Assembly: GCA_963809265.1 (NCBI GenBank)
Contig: CAWEJC010000008.1
Coordinates: 211,550 to 275,549, forward strand
Length of the DNA: 64,000 nt
DNA from: an uncultured Actinomycetota bacterium
Lineage (GTDB): Bacteria > Actinomycetota > Actinomycetes > Propionibacteriales > Nocardioidaceae
Direction of reading: 5' to 3'
In this document: one piece after another, positions 33,105-44,653 of the stretch
Layout: each line of letters starts with the position of its first letter
How positions within the stretch are numbered: position 1 is the first letter of the stretch
Notes under the pieces: model-generated
Database searches by the model: none
Told to the model about the DNA's origin: nothing
Seen by the model: only the letters and a program-made list of their open reading frames with translations
Position numbers and translations under genes: made by a program

Positions 33105-33884
33105 TCAGATGCTCTCGTCGGCGGTCGCTCGGGCGAGACCGATGTCGCCGCTGCGTCCGGAGGTGATCAGCTCGACGATCTGGGTCGTGCTGGTGTCGGC
33201 CGTCTTGACCTCGGCGGCCACCCGGCCGAGGTAGAGGGCGACCACCCGATCGGCCACCTCCATGACGTCGTTCATGTTGTGCGAGATCAGGACCACGCCG
33301 CGGCCCTGGTCGGCGAGGCGGCGGACCAGGTCGAGCACCTGCCGGGTCTGGGCGACGCCGAGCGCGGCGGTGGGCTCGTCGAGGAAGACGACCTTGCTGT
33401 TCCAGAGCACCGCCTTGGCGATCGCCACGGTCTGGCGTTGGCCACCGGACAGGTTCGCGACCAGCTGGCGCACCGACGAGACGGTCCGGACCGACAGGCT
33501 GGACAGGGTGGCCCGGGCCTGCTTCTCCATCTCGCCGTCGGAGAGGAACGCGCGTCCCGAGGTCAGCTCGCGCCCCAGGAACATGTTCTGGGTGATGTCG
33601 AGGTTGTCGGCGAGGGCGAGGTCCTGGTAGACGAACTCGATCCCGAGCGCCGTGGCGGCACGCGGGTCGCTGATCGTCACCTGCTGTCCCTCGAAGGTCA
33701 CCGTGCCGCTGTCGATCGTGTTGATGCCCGCGAAGCACTTGACCAGCGTGGACTTGCCGGCGCCGTTGTCACCGACGAGTGCGGTGACCTGCCCGGGATA
33801 GACGTCGAGATCCACGTCGTGGAGGACATGGACGGGCCCGAAGCTCTTGTTCAGCTGGCGGGCGGACAGGATCGGGTCGGACAC
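33105..33884 (-). CDS. sugar ABC transporter ATP-binding protein
   Basis: GDNGAGKST, LSGGQRQ, FLDEPTAALG, ISHN. Confidence 0.95.
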   Translation of the reverse strand: MSDPILSARQLNKSFGPVHVLHDVDLDVYPGQVTALVGDNGAGKSTLVKCFAGINTIDSGTVTFEGQQVTISDPRAATALGIEFVYQDLALADNLDITQNMFLGRELTSGRAFLSDGEMEKQARATLSSLSVRTVSSVRQLVANLSGGQRQTVAIAKAVLWNSKVVFLDEPTAALGVAQTRQVLDLVRRLADQGRGVVLISHNMNDVMEVADRVVALYLGRVAAEVKTADTSTTQIVELITSGRSGDIGLARATADESI

Positions 33885-33922
33885 GATGAGCTCCCCTGGA
33901 CGATCGCGCGGAGGCCTCCGGG

Positions 33923-33948
33923 GGCCGGGGATGAGGTCATCCCCGGCC
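33923..33948 (-). terminator. intra-operon stem-loop after the substrate-binding gene
   Basis: GGCCGGGGATGA-GG-TCATCCCCGGCC; typical mRNA-stabilising or attenuating hairpin. Confidence 0.6.
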
Positions 33949-33971
33949 GCCGGAAGCGATGGTTCACTCGG

Positions 33972-35162
33972 TTAGCTGATCCCCAGGGCCGAGCACTGGG
34001 TCTCGATGCCCTTGCAGATGTCGCTGGCCTTGAGCGCCCCGGCCTTGATCACGTCGTTGACGTTGGCCTGGGTGATCACCTGCGACGGCAGCAGCAGTGC
34101 CTTGATCTTGTGGCTGGACGACTGCGGGTCGGCGAAGTCGCTCAGGGTCATGCCGGCCGAGGACGGGTCCTTGCCCTGGATCAGGGCGATGGCCAGCTGC
34201 GCGGCGGCCTGGGCCTCGAGCTTGACGTCCTTGAAGATCGTCATGCTCTGCTTGCCGGTCACGATGTTCTGCAGACCCTCGACGCCGGAGTCCTGACCCG
34301 TCACGACGACCTTGCCGTCGAGCCCGTTGGTCTTCAGGACGCCGATCACGGCGTTGGCGATGTCGTCGTTCGCGGCGAGGACGCCGTCGACGTCACCGTT
34401 GGCGGCGGTCAGCGCCTGGCTGAACGGACCAGGAGCGTTGGCGACGTCCCAGCCCTTGACGACCTGCTCGCTGACGATGTCGGCCCCGCTGCCGTCGAGC
34501 ACCTCGTGGGCGCCCTTCTTGAACAGCACGGCGTTGTTGTCGACGTCGGTGCCGCCGTCCATCATGATGATCTTCGGCTTGTCGATGCCCTGCTGCTTGA
34601 GGCAGTCGAGCAGGGTCGTGGCCTGCAGCTTGCCGACGTCCTCGTTGTCGAAGGACACGTAGTAGGGCGCGGTGCCGCCGAGGTTGACGCGGTCGTAGTC
34701 GATGACCTTGACCCCGGCCTGGTCGGCGGCCTTCTCCACACCGGCGCCCGAGGCGGCGTCGATCGAGTCGATGATCAGCACCTTGACGCCGTCACCGATC
34801 ATGCTCTGCGCGATCGAGGCGAACTTGCTCTTGTCGCCCTGGGCGTTCTGCACGTCGGCGGTGATGCCGGCGTCGGTGAGCGCCTTGGTGAGCAGCGGCT
34901 TGTCGTAGAGCTCGTAGCGGGTCGACGAGGTCGTGTCGGGCAGGATCACCCCGACCTTTCCGCTCGCCTTGCCGAGGTCGACGCTGGCGGGCATCTTGGC
35001 TTGGCTCGTCGGCGGGCTGTCCAGCTTGCAGGCGGCGGTCACGCCACCCCCGCTGCTCGAACCGCCGTCGCTGGCGTTGCTGCTGTTGGATGAGCCGCAG
35101 GCGGTGAGGCTGAGAGCCGCCGCGACCCCGAGGATTCCGATCGAAGCTGTGGTCCTGCGCAT
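33972..35162 (-). CDS. sugar ABC substrate-binding lipoprotein (XylF-like)
   Basis: LTAC lipobox, VILPDTTSSTRYELYD, VIDYDR, VSFDN, DNNA, AAND, VTGQD, MTIFK. Confidence 0.9.
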   Translation of the reverse strand: MRRTTASIGILGVAAALSLTACGSSNSSNASDGGSSSGGGVTAACKLDSPPTSQAKMPASVDLGKASGKVGVILPDTTSSTRYELYDKPLLTKALTDAGITADVQNAQGDKSKFASIAQSMIGDGVKVLIIDSIDAASGAGVEKAADQAGVKVIDYDRVNLGGTAPYYVSFDNEDVGKLQATTLLDCLKQQGIDKPKIIMMDGGTDVDNNAVLFKKGAHEVLDGSGADIVSEQVVKGWDVANAPGPFSQALTAANGDVDGVLAANDDIANAVIGVLKTNGLDGKVVVTGQDSGVEGLQNIVTGKQSMTIFKDVKLEAQAAAQLAIALIQGKDPSSAGMTLSDFADPQSSSHKIKALLLPSQVITQANVNDVIKAGALKASDICKGIETQCSALGIS

Positions 35163-35213
35163 TCGGCTGCGCCCTTCCGTCCGGCGGTACGGCGGGTCGA
35201 CGCCGTACCGGTT

Positions 35214-35234
35214 TATGTTTCGTGCGCGAACATA
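35214..35234. promoter_or_regulatory. putative ROK/XylR operator
   Basis: TATGTT-N9-AACATA palindrome about 50 nt upstream of the SBP start; adjacent perfect 10-bp hairpin at 35185-35210. Confidence 0.6.
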
Positions 35235-35300
35235 TAGCCCGGGAGGCCCGTCTGGCTAGAGACCTTCATGAAATCGTCACCAGCGTGTCATCTCGCCGTG

Positions 35301-35897
35301 CTACTGCTCGGGGGTCTCGGCGGGCCACCGCACGCAGGTCCAGTGGTGGTCGTCGGCGGTGAGCTCCACCACCGCGCAGTTCCCCAGGCGCGCCGGCGGG
35401 TCGGCCGGCTCCCGCGTCAGGACCAGCGGCAGCGTCAGCCGCATCAGGCCCCCGTGACTGACGGCCAGCACGGTCTCGCCGCGATGTCGCTCGGCGATCT
35501 CGAACAGCACGTGGTGCATCCGATGTCGCAGCTCCGCACCCGTCTCGCCACCCGGGAGCCGGCGGTCGAGGTCGCCGGCCAGCCACGCCGCGTAGGTCTC
35601 GGCGAAGGGGTCGTCCGCTCGCGACCCCGCCATCGCGCCTACGGAGAACTCCCGGAGGCCCTCGCGCGTCGTGACCGTGACCCCGAGCCGGGTCGCCGCG
35701 ATCTCCGCCGTCTGCACCGCACGGGCGTAGGTGCTGGTCCACACGTGCGTGATCCCGCGATCGGCCAACCGGCCTCCGAGGGCGTGGGCCTGGTCGCGCC
35801 CGACCTGGGTCAGCGAACCGCCCTCGTCGGCCCAGTGGTGGGTCTCGTACTCCGCCTCGGCGTGCCGGGCGACCAGGATCGTCGCCGGCGCGCTCAC
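35301..35897 (-). CDS. histidine phosphatase family protein
   Basis: ARHAEA, STYARAVQTA, LREF, PGGET, VSHGG. Confidence 0.88.
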   Translation of the reverse strand: MSAPATILVARHAEAEYETHHWADEGGSLTQVGRDQAHALGGRLADRGITHVWTSTYARAVQTAEIAATRLGVTVTTREGLREFSVGAMAGSRADDPFAETYAAWLAGDLDRRLPGGETGAELRHRMHHVLFEIAERHRGETVLAVSHGGLMRLTLPLVLTREPADPPARLGNCAVVELTADDHHWTCVRWPAETPEQ

Positions 35898-36289
35898 CCC
35901 GCGGCGACCTCGGTCGAGGGCCGGTAGGGCGACAGGACGCAGAACTCGTTGCCCTCCGGATCGGCCAGCACGACCCAGCCGCGCTCACCTTGCCGCAGGT
36001 CGTCGACCAGGGTGGCGCCCAGGCCCAGGATCCGGTCGATCTCCTCGTCCCGGGTCCGGTCGGTCGGACGGAGGCAGAGGTGCATGCGGTTCTTCACCGT
36101 CTTCGGCTCGGGGACCTTGAGGAAGAGCAGGTAGCGGTCGTCGGGGCCGGTGAGGCCGCACTCGTCGTCGTCGGTCTTCATCGCCCACTCGTCGTCGACG
36201 GTGAAGTCCTCGAGGACCTGGCCCCACCACATGGTCTGGGCATACGGATCGGCCGCGTCGATGCAGAAGTTGGAAGCGCGAGATGCCAT
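35894..36289 (-). CDS. VOC/glyoxalase family protein
   Basis: VPEPKTVKNRMHL, WVVLADPEGNEFCVL. Confidence 0.9.
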   Translation of the reverse strand: MASRASNFCIDAADPYAQTMWWGQVLEDFTVDDEWAMKTDDDECGLTGPDDRYLLFLKVPEPKTVKNRMHLCLRPTDRTRDEEIDRILGLGATLVDDLRQGERGWVVLADPEGNEFCVLSPYRPSTEVAAG

Positions 36290-36322
36290 GCCCGCAGCCT
36301 AGATCTGATCCTCCGGCTGCGC

Positions 36323-36604
36323 TCAGGCCCAGGCCAGCAGGACCTGGGCCGTCGGGTCACCGGTGCGGGGCCGCACGAGCCCGAGGTCGTACGCCGCCAC
36401 CGCGGCCTGGGTGCGGTCGCGCAGCCCCAGCTTCCGCAGCAGGCGCGCCACGTGGGTCTTCACGGTGGCCTGGCTCAGGAACAGCTCGCCGGCGATCTCG
36501 CTGTTGCACATCCCCCGCGCGATCAGCGTCAGCACCTCGCGCTCGCGGTCGGTCAGTCGGTCCATCTCGGTCGCCCCCTGCTCCCTGTCTTCCTCGGTGT
36601 CCAC
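36323..36604 (-). CDS. stand-alone LuxR/NarL-type HTH protein
   Basis: LTDREREVLTLIARGMCNSEIAGELFLSQATVKTHVARLLRKLGLRDRTQAAVAAY; no receiver domain; start at 36604 or 36565. Confidence 0.8.
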   Translation of the reverse strand: MDTEEDREQGATEMDRLTDREREVLTLIARGMCNSEIAGELFLSQATVKTHVARLLRKLGLRDRTQAAVAAYDLGLVRPRTGDPTAQVLLAWA

Positions 36605-36708
36605 ACCCTGGCTCTCGTGACGCACCGCGCGTGAGAGGCAGCCGTCCCGACTTCCCGGGACACCCGTCCCGCCTCCCGGGAGCGCGGCCTCCCGGGTCGG
36701 CCTCGAGT

Positions 36709-36727
36709 TACCGCTGGGTAGCATCGG
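36709..36727 (+). promoter_or_regulatory. promoter/operator motif of the esterase-methyltransferase operon
   Basis: TACCGCTGGGTAGCATCGG: TAC-N6-GTA palindrome overlapping a TAGCAT -10, 6 nt before the GTG. Confidence 0.55.
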
Positions 36728-36730
36728 GTC

Positions 36731-37947
36731 GTGTCCTTCCTCCGACGCCGACTCCTCACGGCCGCGCTGACCGCGAACGCGGTCCGGCCCCCGGCCACCG
36801 GCCTCCGCGGCGGCCTGGCGTCGTTCGCGCTGGGCTGGCCGACCGGCGAGCTCGCCCCGCAACTCCTCGCACTGACGGCGGCCGACACGGCTGTCCACCT
36901 CGCGCGCGGACGCGACCGCCGGAGCCGGCTCGGCCTCGCGCTCGCGGCCGGCACCGCCATCGGGCTGGTGCACCTGGTCCGGCAGAGCCGTCAGGTGCAG
37001 GTGCTCGCCGAGCAGTCTCTCGTCGACACCCTCGGTGAGGAGTACGCAGACCGGCCGGGCGAGCGACCGACGAAGGTCGACCTGGCGACGCCCTGGCGCA
37101 AGCTGCTGAACCCGTTCTCGCGGCGCAACCCGCGGGTCCGGGTCGACCGCGACGTCCCGTTCAGCGACGCCGGCAAGCGCGGGCTGCTCGACGTCTACCG
37201 GGGCGCCGGAGCCGACCCGGTCGGGGCGCCGGTGCTGCTGCAGGTCCACGGCGGCGGCTGGACCATGGGGTCGAAGAACGACCAGGGCATCCCGCTGATG
37301 CAGCGGATGGCCGAGCGCGGCTGGGTCTGCGTCGCGGTCAACTACCGGCTGGCGCCCCGCGACCCGTTCCCCGCGCAGATCGTCGACGTGAAGCGGGCGA
37401 TCGCCTGGGTGAAGGAGCACATCGAGGAGTACGGCGGCGACCCGTCGTACGTCGTGATCACCGGTGGCTCGGCCGGTGGCCACCTGACCGCCCTGGCGGC
37501 GCTGACACCGAACGACCCGGCGTACCAGCCGGGATTCGAGGGGCAGGACACCCGGGTCCAGGCCGCCGTCCCGTTCTACGGCGTCTACGACTTCGCCGGC
37601 GCCACCGGCCTGAGGAACGCGCTGCTGATGCGCGACCGCTACCTCGCCCCGAAGATCGTGCAGCGGACGTGGGAGGCCGACCCCGAGGTCTTCGAGCAGG
37701 GCTCCCCCATCCTCCGGATCACCGAGGACGCGCCGGACTTCTTCGTGCTCCACGGCGACCACGACTCGCTGGTCGCGGTCGAGCAGGCGCGGTTGTTCGT
37801 CGCGGCCCTGCGCGAGACGTCGAAGAACAGCGTGGCCTACGCCGAGTTCCCCGGCACCCAGCACGCCTTCGACGTCTTCCCGTCGATCCGCTCCGAGCAC
37901 GTCGTCCGCGCGGTGGAGCGCTACCTCGAGTGGCACCGGGCGCGTCG

Positions 37948-37951
<4 letters not shown>
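36731..37951 (+). CDS. HSL-family alpha/beta hydrolase (esterase/lipase)
   Basis: VHGGGW, VNYRLAP, GGSAGGHL, HGDHD, QHAFD. Confidence 0.9.
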
Positions 37952-39639
<1,688 letters not shown>

Positions 39640-39650
<11 letters not shown>

Positions 39651-40374
39651 CGAGGTCCTCGAGCTCGGGCTTGTGCAGGTAGACCACGAGGCTCTTGCCG
39701 AGGACCGGGTTGAGCGCGCGCTCGGTCCACTGCGTCAGGCGGGGCTTCTTCATGATGTCCCAGACCAGGAGGCGGTGGTACGCCTTGACCATCGCGTGCT
39801 CGTCGTCGTCGACGCCGACGGCGCACTTGATCCACCAGTACGGCGAGTGGAGGGCGTGCGCGTAGTGGCGCCCGTCGTAGACCAGCCCGGCGTTCTCGGC
39901 CTTGGTGACCAGCTCCGCGTCGGTGTAGATGCGGATGTGGCCGCCCGGGGTGTCGTGGTAGGCCCGCGACAGCTTCCAGCAGACGACCTCGGGGAACCAG
40001 CGCGGCACGGTCAGGGCGATGGTGCCGCCGGGCCGGAGCACCCGGACGAGCTCCGAGAGCGCCTGCAGGTCGGCGGGCACGTGCTCCAGGATCTCGGCCG
40101 CGACGATCCGGTCGAACTCGCCGTCGGCGAACGGCAGGGAGAGAGCGTCACCCTCCTTGACGTCGGCTTCGGCGCCGGCGGGCACCTCCCCGGCCTGCTG
40201 CATCGCCACGAACAGGTCGCGGACCTTCCCGAGCTCGTCGACGTCCTGGTCGAAGGCGATCACGTCGGCGCCGCGGCGGTACATCTCGAACGCGTGCCGC
40301 CCCGCGCCGCAGCCGAGGTCGAGGGCCCGCTCCCCCGGGCGGAGGCCGAGCCGGTCGAAGTCAACGGTGAGCAC
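39640..40374 (-). CDS. class I SAM methyltransferase (Methyltransf_11)
   Basis: VLTVDFDRL, LDLGCGAGRHAF, GDALSLPF, EILEHVP, RVLRPGG, GGHIRIY, HALHSPYWW. Confidence 0.9.
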
Positions 40375-41615
40375 GTGTCCTCCTGAACCCCTCGAGCGCC
40401 TCGGTGTACGCCGCGGCGGTGGCGGCGGCCACCGCGCGCCAGCTGAACAGCTCCTCCACGCGTCGGCGCCCGGCGGCGCCGTAGCGGGCCCGGCGCTCGG
40501 GGTCGTCGAGCAGGGCCGCGAGCGCATCGACCAGCTCGCCCACGTCGCCCGGGGTCACCAGGTCGGCGCAGAGACCGTCGGGTCCGACGACCTCGGGGAT
40601 CGCGCCGGCCCGCGAGACGACCAGCGGGGTCGCGGTCGCCATCAGCTCGGCCGTCGGCAGCGAGAACCCCTCGTAGAGGCTGGGCACGCAGGCGACCTCG
40701 GCCGAGCCCATGAGCTCGACCAGCTCGGCGTCGCTCACGCCGTTCACGAAGCGCACGTGGTCGCGGATCGCCAACGAGTCGAGCAGCTGCTCGGTGCGGC
40801 CGCCCGGGACGGGTCTGGTGACCAGCAGAAGCTCGAGCGCCGGGCGCTCCGTGCGCAGCTTGGCGAAGGCCTCCAACAAGGTCGCGATGCCCTTGAGCGG
40901 CGCGTCCGCGCTGGCCATCGCCAGGATCCGGCCGGGCACGCGGGGCGACGTCGGCGGCACGAATCCGTCGTCCACACCGAGGAGCACGACCCGCACCCGG
41001 TCGGGGTCGACGCCGAACTCGCGGACGACGTCTCGGCGGGACGACTCCGAAGGAACGAGCACCATCCGCATGCCGCGGGCCACCCGTGCCTGCATCCGGA
41101 CGAAGCCGTACCAGCGGCGCAGCGGAGAGACGCTTCTGCCAGGTCTCCGCGCTCGCGAGGTCGATCCGGCGGTCGATGCTGATCGGGTGGTGGATCGAGG
41201 CGACCAGCGGCAGCCCGGTCGCGGCCTCCACGCCGAGCAGGGCCGAGCCGAGCGTCTGGTTGTCGTGCACGAGGTCGAACTCGTGGGCGCGCTCGCGGAG
41301 GGTCCGCAGCACCCGGCGGCTGAACGTGCGCGGCTCCGGGAACCCGGCGGTCCACATCGTCGCGACCTCCTGGACGTCGACCAGGTCGCGGTAGTCGTGG
41401 AGCGGAGGCGTCCGGAACGGGTCGGGCTCGCGGTAGAGGTCCAGGCTGGGGACCCGCGTCAGGCGGACGCCCTCGTCGAGGTCGGGGTACGGCTGCCCGG
41501 AGAACACCTCGACGTCGTGCCCGAGGCGGACCAGCTCGCGGCTGAGGTGCCGGACGTAGACGCCTTGGCCGCCGCAGTGCGGCTTGCTGCGGTAGGACAG
41601 CAGGGCGACGCGCAC
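40361..41615 (-). CDS. glycosyltransferase family 4, ManT-like (frameshift near 41125)
   Basis: RVALLSYRSKPHCGGQGVYV, HDNQTLG, ADAPLKG, PSLYEGFSLPTAE (EX7E), FSWRAVA. Confidence 0.88.
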
Positions 41616-41643
41616 GCAGAACACCTTCCGGGACGGGGCCGCG

Positions 41644-41662
41644 CCGATGCTACCGGCCAGTA
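41644..41662 (-). promoter_or_regulatory. promoter/operator motif of the GT4 operon
   Basis: Minus strand TACTGGCCGGTAGCATCGG, same architecture as 36709-36727. Confidence 0.55.
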
Positions 41663-41682
41663 GGAAGGACCTTAACCGGTGC

Positions 41683-42656
41683 TCAGCTGGCCTCGCTCGA
41701 GTGCCCGGGGAAGACGTGGGCGCTCGGGTCGATCACCACCGCAGCGTTGTTCACCGCCGTCGCCGCCTCGCCGAACCCGACCGCGATCAGCCGCACCTTG
41801 CCGGGGTACTCGGTGATGTCGCCGGCCGCGAAGACCCGCGGCAGGTTCGTCCGCATGGAGCCGTCGACCACGACGTGCCGCTTCTGCACCTCGATCCCCC
41901 ACTGCTGCAGGGGACCGAGGTCGGCGATGAAACCCAGGGCCGCGACCACGGCCTGGGCCGGACGGCGGGCGGGTTCCTGACCGTCGACGGCGATCTCGAC
42001 CTCCGCCACGGTCGGCTCCCCGAAGAGCCCGGTGACCTGGGCCTTGGTGATGATCTCGACGCTCGAGTCGCGCACCTGCTGAACGGTGCGCTCGTGGGCG
42101 CGGAAGGCGTCGCGTCGGTGCACCAGCGCACGGAGCGGGCGATCGGCTCGAGGTGGACCGCCCAGTCGAACGCCGAGTCGCCGCCGCCGACGATCACGAC
42201 GTCCTTGCCGGCGTACGGCGCGAAGCTGGGCACGAAGAACTCCATGCCGCGACCCAGCCAGCCGTCTCCCGCGGGCAGCGGCCGCGGTGAGAACTTGCCG
42301 ATGCCGGCGGTGATCAGCAGTGCCTTGGCGGTCAGCGTGGTGCCGTCGTCGAGGGTGATCGTGACGTCGTCGTCACCGGTCGCGAGCTCGGTCGCGGTCC
42401 GGTCGAGGAGGTACTCCGGCTCGGCGGTGTTCGCCTGCTCCACGAGCCCCTCGACCAGGTCGCGGCCCTTGATCGCCGGGAAGCCGGCGACGTCGAGGAT
42501 CAGCTTCTCCGGGTACATCGCGGTCACCTGGCCGCCGAGCTCCGGGAGGGAGTCGACGACGGCGACGCGGAGACCGCGGAACCCCGCGTAGTAGGCGGCG
42601 AACAGTCCGGCGGGACCCGCTCCGATGATGGCCAGGTCGGTGTCGTGATGAGGCAC
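41683..42656 (-). CDS. thioredoxin-reductase-type ferredoxin--NADP+ reductase (frameshift near 42123)
   Basis: IIGAGPAGL, LGGQVTAMYPEK, VGGGDSAFDW, FAAGDI, LIAVGFGEA, C-terminal PGHSS; no CxxC. Confidence 0.85.
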
Positions 42657-42704
42657 GTGGCCACTCTGCCGCACCGACGACTGAACGGCCAGTCAGTCCA
42701 CGCC

Positions 42705-43208
42705 TCAGCGGGTCTGCACGTTGGCCACCAGCCAGCCGTCGTCGCCGTGCACCAGCGTGACCAGGGCCCGGCGGGCGGCGTACGACGGAGGGCCGCCGTT
42801 GGTGGTCGTCCGCTGGTCCAGGAAGAGCAGCGCGAGCACCTCGTCGGAGGAGGCCCGCACGACCCCGGAGGCCGCCACGCGGGTCACGGTGCTGGTCCGG
42901 CTCGCGACGACCCGGCCACGGACCGGCTGCGCCGTCGTGCGGTAGCGAGCCGCCATGTCGGCGGTCATCAGGGAGGTGACCTGGGCCAGGTGGGCGTCGT
43001 AGCGACGCCAGGACCCCGAGAAGATCGCGGCAGCATCCGTCGCGGCGGTGTCGACCGCCGACTGGGCATCGATGTCGCCGACCACGACCGGGCGCTCGGC
43101 GCTCGGTGTCGGGGACGACGTGCCCCAGAGGTACCACGCCTCGGCGCCCCCCGTGGCGGCGAGGACCAACGCGCAGGTGCCGAGGGCGACGGTGGCACGC
43201 CGGCTCAT
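42705..43208 (-). CDS. Mce-associated membrane protein-like
   Basis: Single N-terminal TM, AASGVVRAS...VLALLFLDQRT, VTLVHGDDGWLVANV. Confidence 0.65.
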   Translation of the reverse strand: MSRRATVALGTCALVLAATGGAEAWYLWGTSSPTPSAERPVVVGDIDAQSAVDTAATDAAAIFSGSWRRYDAHLAQVTSLMTADMAARYRTTAQPVRGRVVASRTSTVTRVAASGVVRASSDEVLALLFLDQRTTTNGGPPSYAARRALVTLVHGDDGWLVANVQTR

Positions 43209-43711
43209 CGGGCATCCCCCACGAACCCGATGTCGGAGGTCAGCCAGCGCGCTCCCTCGTGCACGAGGGTCACCCGGAAGCGGAAGTCGCGGGCCTGGTC
43301 GGTGCCGTGGGTCCGCCGGTTCGAGACGGTTCCCGTGGTCGCCACGATCACCGTCGCCCGGGTCGGGCTGATCGCGGCGACGCCGGCCCAGACGACCCGC
43401 CCGGTCATCGCCGAGCGGTTGCGCTGGAGGACCCGGATCACCGCCGCCGCCGAGCGGACGTAGTGGTCGCGGAAGTCGCCGGTCGCACCGGCCGCGACCG
43501 CGTCGACCGACTCCGAGGCCCGGTCGTAGCGCAGGTTCACGAACGCCGTGACCTCGGTGGCCGCGGCCGTGAGGACGTCGCCGTACCGGACCTGCCGCGT
43601 CGCCGCGTCGGCCCGGTCGCCGTGCGTGCGCCAGCTCAGTGCCGCACCGAGCCCCGTGGCCAGGACCAGGAGCACGACGAGCATCGTCAGCCAGCGGTTC
43701 GCCGTGGTCAC
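43205..43711 (-). CDS. Mce-associated membrane protein-like
   Basis: N-terminal TM, ATGDFRDHY, GRVVWAGV, RFRVTLVHEGARWLTSDI; ATGA coupling to the next gene. Confidence 0.7.
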   Translation of the reverse strand: MTTANRWLTMLVVLLVLATGLGAALSWRTHGDRADAATRQVRYGDVLTAAATEVTAFVNLRYDRASESVDAVAAGATGDFRDHYVRSAAAVIRVLQRNRSAMTGRVVWAGVAAISPTRATVIVATTGTVSNRRTHGTDQARDFRFRVTLVHEGARWLTSDIGFVGDAR

Positions 43712-43816
43712 TCGGGCCCCCTCCCAGGCTCGACCGGTGTCACGCGCCTGCCGCATCGTAAGCCCGGGTGACACCTCGCCGAGCGCTGCGACGCGGGCCT
43801 TTCCTACGATGCCGGG

Positions 43817-44653
43817 ATGAGCCAGTCGCCTGCCCCGAGCCCGTTGTCCGTCGCCGTCGACTCCCTCGGACCGGACGGGGTCGTCTCGGTGGTCGCCCGG
43901 GTCTCGGGCGAGGACCAGCCGCGTGTCTCGGTCGAGCCCGACGCCCGTCACTACTCGGCCAGCATCATGAAGCTGCCGATCCTGATCGCCGTCCACCGGC
44001 TCGTGGAGCGCGGCGACCTCGACCTCGGCCGAGCAGTGCGGGTGCACGACGAGTTCGCCTCGCAGGTGCCCGGCCACAGCTTCACCATGGACCAGGAGGA
44101 GGACTCCGACCCCGCCACCTGGTCGGCGCTCGGCGCCGACGTCCCGCTGGGCGACCTGGTGGAGCGGATGGTGACCGTCTCGGGCAACCTGGCCACCAAC
44201 GTGGTGCTCGACGAGGTCGGGACCGACGAGGTCGCCGCCGTCCTGGCCGACGCGGGCTGCTCCGAGCGGACGACGATCGTGCGCGGCATCGAGGACTACC
44301 CCGCGCGTGACTCCGGCATCGACAACCTGATCACTGCGGACGACATGGCCCGACTCCTGGTCGCGCTCGCCGAGGGGCGGCTGGCCGGGCCTGCCGCGAC
44401 GGAGGCGTGCGAGCGCACCCTGCGGGCGCAGGAGTACCGCAACGGCATCCCGGCCGGGCTGCCCGACGGCCTGGTGATCGGCAACAAGACCGGCTGGATC
44501 TCCAGCGTCAACCACGACGTGGCGCTGGTCCGGGCCCCCGAGCTCCCGCCCGTGGGCCTCGCCGTACTGGTCTCGGCACCGGGCTCGGAGGAGGAGCGCG
44601 AGGCGGGCATCGCCCGCATCGCCGCGGCCGCCTGGGCGGAGGTCACCCGATGA
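43817..44653 (+). CDS. class A beta-lactamase-fold serine hydrolase, no signal peptide
   Basis: SIMK (SxxK), SGN (SxN), NKTG; TACGAT -10 six nt before the ATG. Confidence 0.85.
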   Translation: MSQSPAPSPLSVAVDSLGPDGVVSVVARVSGEDQPRVSVEPDARHYSASIMKLPILIAVHRLVERGDLDLGRAVRVHDEFASQVPGHSFTMDQEEDSDPATWSALGADVPLGDLVERMVTVSGNLATNVVLDEVGTDEVAAVLADAGCSERTTIVRGIEDYPARDSGIDNLITADDMARLLVALAEGRLAGPAATEACERTLRAQEYRNGIPAGLPDGLVIGNKTGWISSVNHDVALVRAPELPPVGLAVLVSAPGSEEEREAGIARIAAAAWAEVTR

